From Bispira polyomma (taxonomy: Eukaryota), in assembly GCA_965649765.1 (NCBI GenBank), contig OZ287749.1, forward strand, positions 24,304,001 through 24,368,000: a stretch of 64,000 nt of DNA, written 5' to 3'. The stretch's first letter is position 1, and every line of letters begins with the position of its first letter. Below are positions 42,001 through 51,000 of the stretch, in pieces. Under the pieces are notes generated by a model. That model searched no databases, had not been told where the DNA came from, and saw nothing but the letters and a program-made list of their open reading frames with translations. The translations under genes were made by a program, and so were the position numbers.

Positions 42001-45000
42001 GACTGGAATAGTCAATGCGGTATGATGTTTTGTAGGGATTTTGCTACAGAAGAGGAAGCGTTGGGGGTGGACTGCAAGTAGGCCCACACTGCAGCAGATC
42101 GCCAGCCACCATGGGCCATTATGGATTGCAGGTCCACATTATTGTCAAAGGCCAGAGTCGCCCCTGAACGCCTAAAGGAGTGGAAGCTGAAAGACTGCGG
42201 ATTTAATTTTAGTGAAACCATAATTTCTCTCAAGACTTGTCTGACTCTATATGTAGTAAGGGGAACTAACTTGCCCTTCTGTAAATACATAAATACTATG
42301 GATTCTTTAGTGTTTCTATTTTTTGCAAACATGGTCCTGAGTGCAGCCACAGGACACAAGGGGGAATTACCTAAAGCAGGCAACTGTACCACATGATACT
42401 GATTATACTTCCGTAAATTCTTAGCCCACCTGAGTACCACATGGACTCCAGGAGGGCTCCAAACAAAGTCCTCACAAGTGAGATGTCTCTGGGGGTCAAA
42501 TTGAGTGATACGTGAAGGAACTAAATTAGAGAGTCTAAAAAAGCCAAAAAAGGCTGTGAGAAATAAAGCTTTATACATATAAGCATGTGAATAAGCGGAG
42601 GCCTGCTGAAGGATGGAAGAGAGAATGGGAATGGTTATAATACCTTTCAATCTAGGTGAATAAGGGGTAGAAAGCGACAATGACTTAAAAAACAATTTAA
42701 TTTGTGGATGGGAGAACACATGCACTGGATAATCCCATAACTGGAAATAAAATTTTATAGCCGACAAATAATTTTGAATTGAAGGGGGTTTGAGCCCCTG
42801 CTGAGCAAGATATTCACAAAATTGCAGCATAAACTGGAGAGATTCCAGTTCCATCACACCCAGGAATATAGCAAATGCTAGAAAAAGTCTGATTGAATTT
42901 TCATAGGCCTGTTTCGTTCTTGCCGTCATGGCATTGTGTAACCTAGCCCTGGCGGAGTCATTGAGGAAATTTTGAAGGGGGGTACCTGAAATTGCATTAA
43001 AAGGCAGTATTCAATACAAAATTTTCATTTGTGACCTCCCACCATTCCTTCCGCATGACCTGCTCATGGACTTTAGGATTTTTGGTATCTGGAATAAACA
43101 TACGGGACAAATTGTCAGCCTGTACATTCTTTATTCCTGCAATATGGACAACGTCCAATTGGATATTGTTTTTTGCACTTTCTAACCATATGGATCTGGC
43201 TATTATACCCAAGCCTGGGTCATGGAACCTGCTAGAATTCAAACCTGCCACTACGGCGCCATTATCACACCAAACTTTTAATGTGGAATTGCTGAAACAT
43301 TTTCCCCATACCCTCATTGCCACGAGTATATTCCACATCTCGAAGTGGACAATACCAAAAGAGTTTGGTTTATGTTCAGGGAGGGCAGCAGCATACACAC
43401 TGTCCCCCCACATGGCCCCAATGCCAATAAGAGAGGCATCAACGTACAGCTCACTCACTGGTTCATCTTTGAGATGCATCTCCACTACCCCGTTGAATTT
43501 ATCTAAGAAAACATGGAACCATTCAAGATCAGCTTTGAACTCTCTGGACAGGGCTATGTTTCTACTAGGGTAGGTATGTCTGAGCAACCTCAACATTCTA
43601 TTAAGGAAAGTCTAGCAGGAGCCACACACCTATGGACGTACAATAACTTGCCTAGAATCGACTGTAGTTCTCTCCTAGTGCACTTTTGCTTGGTTCGCCA
43701 TTGGCTACACATAGTTTTGATCTGTGTGAGTTTATCTTTAGGAATTTTTAAAGTTCCCGTACTTGCGTTAACTAGAATACCCATACACACCACCTCCTCT
43801 GCGGGGGGGGGGGGGACACCTTTTTATGATTTATGGGTAGCCCTAGATGCTCAATTAACTGGTACAATTTGTCAAATGACTTTTGAGCTTTATCATCCGT
43901 TTCTACGGCAACTAGATCATCGATATAGTTCCATATATGGTATCCCTGCGCTCTCATTAACCGACGGATACTGTCAGTGACACGTTCGCAGACCGCGGTA
44001 CTATGCTTGTATCCCATCATAATGGCTAAATCAATATAGATATTCCCTAACCACTTAAGGCCCGTGTACTTGTAATCGCCCGGGTCAATCCTTAAATTTC
44101 AAAACGCGCGGGAGAGATCCAGTTTGTATAGTTTTGCTGTAGGACCAATTTCGTTTATCCGATTAACCAACATGTCAATAGTGGGTAAAGTGAGGATGAA
44201 TTCCTGGCCGTCATATAACCCATCGGTCACCACGCTATTAACTGAAGTGGAATCATGTGGCCAAGAAAGGTCCACTATTATGCGCCGAGAGTTGTCATCT
44301 TTAGGTCGCGTCATAACGGGTGAGCAGTGTAAAGCCTTATAAGGGATTTCTGTGAAGGGACCTGCAATGGCCTTATGCAAATGTTCAGTGACAAAGTATG
44401 TATCAAGACTGTCAGGGAATTGGTCAGCGCTGTCATGATTCTTGACATCACGATTAAACACAAAACCCTCTTTGTTCATGTCAAGGGGGAAACCGAACTC
44501 CAAATACTCAGGAAGCAATGTGTCACAATCACCTTTCAACACCTGACGCCAAGCTTCTATGTTGAGCTCAGAGGGCACAGGGACTCGAGCCCCCAAATAA
44601 TTGGGACAATCCCAACCCCCCACTAACTCATGTGCCATGACCGCCCATTGTTCCAACGTGTCAAAATTAATTACATTTCTGTGAACAGGGACACCATTAA
44701 AAGCTTTGTACATGCATTGGAATCCAAAGTTATCACTTAACACCCACTTTACTTTTGATACCCTTCACAATTGGGATATCCTGCACCTGCACTACTTGAC
44801 GCCTTGTTGATACCATAGGGGGGCTGCCCCTTAATTGTGGTTCATTAATACATAATGGAATAACTTCCTTTGAAACGTCAGAAAGGGGTTTGCCCTGAAT
44901 AAAGACTGAATGATCGGGGGGGGGGGGGGGAACCCTCAATGTTTTTACTACGTGGTTTTTTTTCTGTCAACTTCTCACCCCTTTCGCTCAGAGGGGGGGG

Positions 45001-48000
45001 AATAACTCTCGTTAAAGAAGTGTCTACCCCGTCTCTAATTGGACTGCTGTCAACATTAATTAAACCAGTGACATCACTGCCAACTTGTTTACTGCTGCCA
45101 ACTTGTTTACCACGGCACCTGTGTAAACATGCATTGTTAATTGTTTCAGGACATAGAATACATTTATTAGTACTTTTAGGCGGGAACCTACCTATACAGA
45201 TTTCTCTGGTGTTCCCGCTCTTTTTACAGGGCGGGAAGCCCACCTCTGCTCTACCTGTACACTGGTTATCAACATCAGACTTTACATATATACACTTTTC
45301 TCCCTCACGGGGTTGTTTACTTGATACACATTCAGTGTTACCATTACAATTTTGTACATCAGAATCTACTGTCCCCTCCTTCTTATGCCCCTTGGGAACA
45401 TAGAGCCGGGTAGGAACAATATTGTTATATTCACAGTTCTTTATCTCATGTACAACATAGCTATCAAAGTGGACCTTATAACTCCTGTTACTGTTGGCAA
45501 CAGTGCTAAAGGCACTGTTCCATATTACCCTTGAACGCACTGGAGGTCAATTCTGGGAGTTTTGTTGAACTCCTTAGATTGGTTTTGGGTTTTACCACAA
45601 TTAATTTCCCTGTGGAGCAGAATCTTTTTGGTTTGGTTGTAACACTTAGAACAAGCGTGTTTAAGTATCATTGAGCCAAATACATGATCATCAGGCTGGC
45701 TACATGTGCCCTTGTTAAACGCCGTGCACATGAGAACAGAACTTTTAGGTTTTGACTTGGAGTTTGAACTAAAACCATTGACAGATTCGTTACCAGAAAC
45801 GTCCTTAAGGGTACGCTGTGTTAACCGAGCCCTCAACTCGTGTATCTGGCTAAGGTTTCCCCAATTTGCCTTCCCCTTCTCAATCTCAAGCAACACCTGA
45901 CAATGGGCGCTTTTAATGGTATACCAACTAGTTTCTAACCCATCCCTCATGAGCTGCATACCATATTGCAGCATGTTGTCGCCCACAGAGGCGTCTTTTT
46001 CTTCAAACACACACCCTAAGTAACCTTGGAAAAACATAAGGGGGGTAAGATCCTGATATGAAGGTTGTTTTTTGCCAGAGGCATTATAGCAAAGCTCATG
46101 GGGCCAATTAATAACGTGTTTAACTGAGTGTTCGTTGGTTCGCTGCAACCCAGACTTTAATTTCTTACCGCTTTCAGGCGATGTCAGATAGTGGGAGCGA
46201 TTCCTGGTCAGTCACTGGTCAACTTCAGCTTGTATTCTCTCGTTGGTTCTCAAGAAACGCTGACTCGGCAGAATGGTCTCCTCAGCCGGCAGTCGATCAT
46301 AAGTTTGAGCATAGTCAGGGTCATAGTAGGGGTTTGACTTCCCCCTAAGCCCGTTTCTTAGTCCATGCAGCTCATTAACATCTGCCTGTGTGTCAGCAAC
46401 ATAACCCCGGTGCACTGGAGAGCTGTGTGAAGAAGTATCCTGGGTTAAAGTGTCAGTTCTTTTTCTGGCCCCTTGCTCCCGCTTCACCTCACACATTTCA
46501 CTTTCCAAGTGCTGTAACTTATCCAGAATTATGTTAAGTTTATCACCTACAGGCACTTTCCCCGGCTGGGCGTCTACTCCACTGTCCACCACTGATCTCG
46601 CGTTAGGTGTAACTTCCCAGGCTCCCTGCTGTTGAGATTTCTTCCTCTCCCTGGTAGCGGGGGTACTCGTCACGGCTAGGTCCAGCTTGCACTGTCTCCC
46701 GACTGGCCTGGCATGTACAACACTACAACGCTTGCAATATCCTGATCTGGTTGCCATAGTTTAACACAACCTACAATAGTTCTATAGTGTCTTTTTAGAA
46801 ATGTTTTTCTCTGTAAAATAGAATACAGGATTCTGCAGTTTATGCTTACATGAAGGCACGTACATGAAATTTTGTTGAATGAAATTCACAAAATAATGAA
46901 GAGAACACAGATGTGTGAGCAATTAACAGTGTACGTCCCCCAAAAACACGGCTATGAAGCCATAACAAGCATAAGTTGCAGACTCCCAATGAAGCAGCTT
47001 CTTCTGACACAGAACTGAAAATTACACAGGGTTTTATAGTTCCATTTCGTACCGCAGAGCCTTAATGGAACAGTCCATCACTGGGGGAAATAAGAGGGGT
47101 GATAATAATAAGTTTCTCACAGAAGGAGGGGGGACCCCTCAGACTGACCCAAAGTGCTACGCATCTTTTACACCATTGTAATTGTAATCAGAGTTATACT
47201 CAGCACATATATCTACCTTCATCTGGTATTTAGGGCAACTAATTAACCCTTTCCTGACTGTAACAGTCAACTGTCTCAGTTACAGTCATTCCCCCTAACT
47301 GAAGAGAGAGACTTGAGGATGACCATTTATCAATGTCCCCAAGGATCTTTAGCCCTGCCACTGGGGATAGGACCCAGTGACAGAGGACCGCCATTTTAAG
47401 TGGCCATCCGAGCCACTAGGCAAACATGTGTACACATCTTGCCCAAGGATGTTATCTCACTAATGATACTAGCAGTCAGTACCGGGAATAGAACTCAGGA
47501 CCTTCTGATCATCAGACCAACTCCTTAACCACTAGGCCATGGGGGACCACATGTCAAATAAACTTTTCTACATACATGGCAGGGCTGAGGATTGAACCTA
47601 CAATGGCAGAGGTGAAACACAAGTGTATTACCACAAAGGTCCCATGCCCCCCCTAGTGATTAGAAGTATTTCTTTACCCATGACTTGCCTTTCACCTCTG
47701 TTGACAGCAGTTTGAATCCCACTGGATCCTTCATGCGGTAAATTATGATAGGATCAACTTGCCATTTTTAGTTTAAGACACCATGGCTTTATTTTTAGTT
47801 TAAGACACCATGGCTTTGTCTAGTTTGTATGCCTCTTAATTCCTACTATGTACAGCGTTGGTCATTTTACCTTGTAGGTTTTTCCTTCACCTAATATATC
47901 TGACAAATTTGAAATTACCTAAAATATTGAAAGTGACGCAGAACCTAGACCAAATAATCTGTCCCTATTTAGCGAGATTCCTTACTGATATTTGGACGGC

Positions 48001-51000
48001 TGAATCACGAAAAGGGACAGAACGGCCTCCATAAGCAAAACGTTGTAAATTTAACCTGACGTAACATGGCCGACAGTGTTAAACTGGTGTATGTGGTTTG
48101 GTTTTTATTTTATATTAATTTTTATGTACCATATAGGCACGATACAACACAAAATCGGCTACTATATCATATATAAGGAATGAAGGGATGTATTTATTTT
48201 TATCAGATTCTATCTCTGTATATGCCGATTTTGATTTACAACGTTTTGCTTATGGAGGCCTTTCTGTCCCTTTTCGTGAGTCCGTCGGCAAAATAACAGC
48301 AAGGAATCTTGCTAAATAGGGACAGATTATTCGGTCTACGCAGAACCAAATAAACTTCAACACAAAAACCCAAGCTTTTGCTGGGTTATTAGCCAAATGA
48401 TGCTATAACTTAGAGAAGTCTTGAGACCTCCCCAAAATTAGGAATCCTATTTTGTCATTATAAGAATAACAGAGCATTGATTTCATAAAATCATAAATTT
48501 GTGATGTTTCTGTGATACCTTAAATCTATGTTTACTAAAACTCACTTGTTTGATATAGGTGTATGCATTAAAAAGTACCTGCAGAATTAACAGCCAAACT
48601 AAAGAGCAAATCAGTGACTTGTTCTACTGAATGACTTAATAAATTAGAGAACCATGGCATATTATGTATACTCTGTCTGTACATGTCAAATGTCCCATAT
48701 CCACAGGATTTATTGATTATTTAAATACAAGTATTTATACAGCGCCTTATTGATATGTCATTCTCTAAGACACTCATTCCCCCGAAAAGGATAGTCCTAC
48801 AAAATAGCCTGGGTCATCATTAGTAGGCAATGGCGTGTTCACATCTTGCCCAAGAATATTATCCCACTACTGAACCAAGCGACATTAGGAAGAGTTGAAC
48901 CAGGGACCTTCTGATCACCAAACCAACTCCCCCAGTGGAAGTATAAGTGGGAAGCTTCCGATCACCAGACCAAATCTTTAACCACTAGACAACGATTGAA
49001 CAACATTCGGTTTTACTTTAGGGAATAATATACCTGTCAGATTTTGCTTCCGAATCGTCATTCGATGTCCGTTACCGTCATCTGAAAATCTATATATATT
49101 TAAAAAAATTGGCTCCCGAATCTGAGATGACGTCAGCCAAGTGTATTCTACTTCTTTATAGTTTGATTTTTTTCGGATGACGTAAATGTGCATCAGATAA
49201 CCGATTTGAAAGCAAAATCGGACAAGTGTATTCGCCCCTTTATGGGGGTAATTTTTACTAATACACAATTTAAATTAGAATGAATGTTTGCCCAGAAAAT
49301 CAGTTCAAGCTATAAATAGATTTGATTTCACATTCATTTGGTTACAGTGCAATATGCAAGGCACTAGATAGTAAGTCTACGTTTGCATGTCAGCAATTGC
49401 CAACGGCGATCAGCCGACATCCGACGGGCAATCGGCAATTTTTATGTTTCCAAACAATTATTTGAGAAAAATAGATACCTGTATTTAAACTTAAATATTT
49501 TAGCCATTTAGCAAACGATTTTGAAGCAACAAAAAGCACAATATACCCAATAAAATAAGCTTTCTCATCATATTTTCTCGAAATTTTACCTTACTACTAG
49601 TACCAAAAAGAATCGCCTGACATTGCCGGCCGCCTGTTAGTGTTGCTCATATGGAAACACTTTGTTATAAATCAATGAAACTGATAAAATTGCCATCGGC
49701 TTGGTGGCTCAGAAAATTGCTTGCATGGAAAGACTCACTGACCCTTGTATTTAATGAACACAGGTAAAAATCTACATCAGTGTTATTTATATATTGAAAT
49801 GTCCTCAGTTGATGATAACTGGACCACTTGACGACATTCTCATCCACTCTTATTTCTCTGCTTACATCTTAAACACTCATAAATCTAAACTGATTGCGCA
49901 GTTCACGTATTAAAATTGCCAAGGAAAATTGCCCATTCATGAAAACCTGTGAAGGTTGAAAAAGGTTTTTCAGTTTTTAACAACCTTTAACAACCTTCAG
50001 NNNNNNNNNNNNNNNNNNNNNNNNNNNNNNNNNNNNNNNNNNNNNNNNNNNNNNNNNNNNNNNNNNNNNNNNNNNNNNNNNNNNNNNNNNNNNNNNNNNN
50101 NNNNNNNNNNNNNNNNNNNNNNNNNNNNNNNNNNNNNNNNNNNNNNNNNNNNNNNNNNNNNNNNNNNNNNNNNNNNNNNNNNNNNNNNNNNNNNNNNNNN
50201 NNNNNNNNNNNNNNNNNNNNNNNNNNNNNNTTTAGGGTCTTGATGTGTCAAACACCATAAAGGATTTATGAAGATGTTGTTTTTATTTATAAATGGCCTG
50301 AGTTTCCTTGGACCACTTAAATGGACACAGTCACTTACAGACACAGAAAGTGTATTAAAACATCTCACACATCTAATGGGTCAGATATTTGAAGGTTAGT
50401 ATGTGATTATTAGGTTCATATCCTTTGTGTATAAATATATGGAAATGCACATTAGTAGATTAACTTGTCCATAAGATACTTAAAGGAAAGTTTAGCCAGA
50501 ATAAAATATTGGCGGCAATGCAGTTGTTTTGCCAATAATGTACATTTGCACCACATTATTCTCTTAAATATAGTTTCAGTCTTAACTTTTCATTGGGAAT
50601 TAATTTTCACTGTTGAAAGCTAATAGAAGAAAAAAATATATGCATTTAATTATTGGATAAAATTTCCACTTATTCAGTATTAAACTGAACCCTTCAAGTA
50701 GAACTCTCTTAAGTTGATTAGAACACTTATGTGGAAGAAAATCTCCCATAAAAGCCCTTATTTCAAAATCTTTAATATTTCATCTCAACAGCAAGCATTT
50801 TTACATTTCACAAATAAATTCATAATTGCAAACAATTTGTCTACTTTGTAAAATTATTGTTGCTTACAAATATTACCTAACAGTATGAACATTTTAAAAC
50901 TGAGGTAAGTTTTTTGCATTCACTACACAATCTTATCGTCTAAAACAATAGGAATGCAAAGAGCAACTTGTTCCATTTGTGCACCATTCCATACTTGCCA

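Larger units (their letters stand above)
41437..47170 (-). mobile_element. Tyrosine-recombinase retrotransposon (DIRS/Ngaro/PAT group), near full length, defective, in intron 2 of the IP3R-like gene
   Basis: Gene order gag - RT - RNase H - YR, no DDE integrase or protease; short shared terminal motifs at 41437-41520 and 47113-47170; boundaries approximate. Confidence 0.93.

Noticed and set aside
42121-46635. Plus-strand ORFs within the retrotransposon
   Set aside because: Antisense shadows of the gag/pol/YR frames with no motifs
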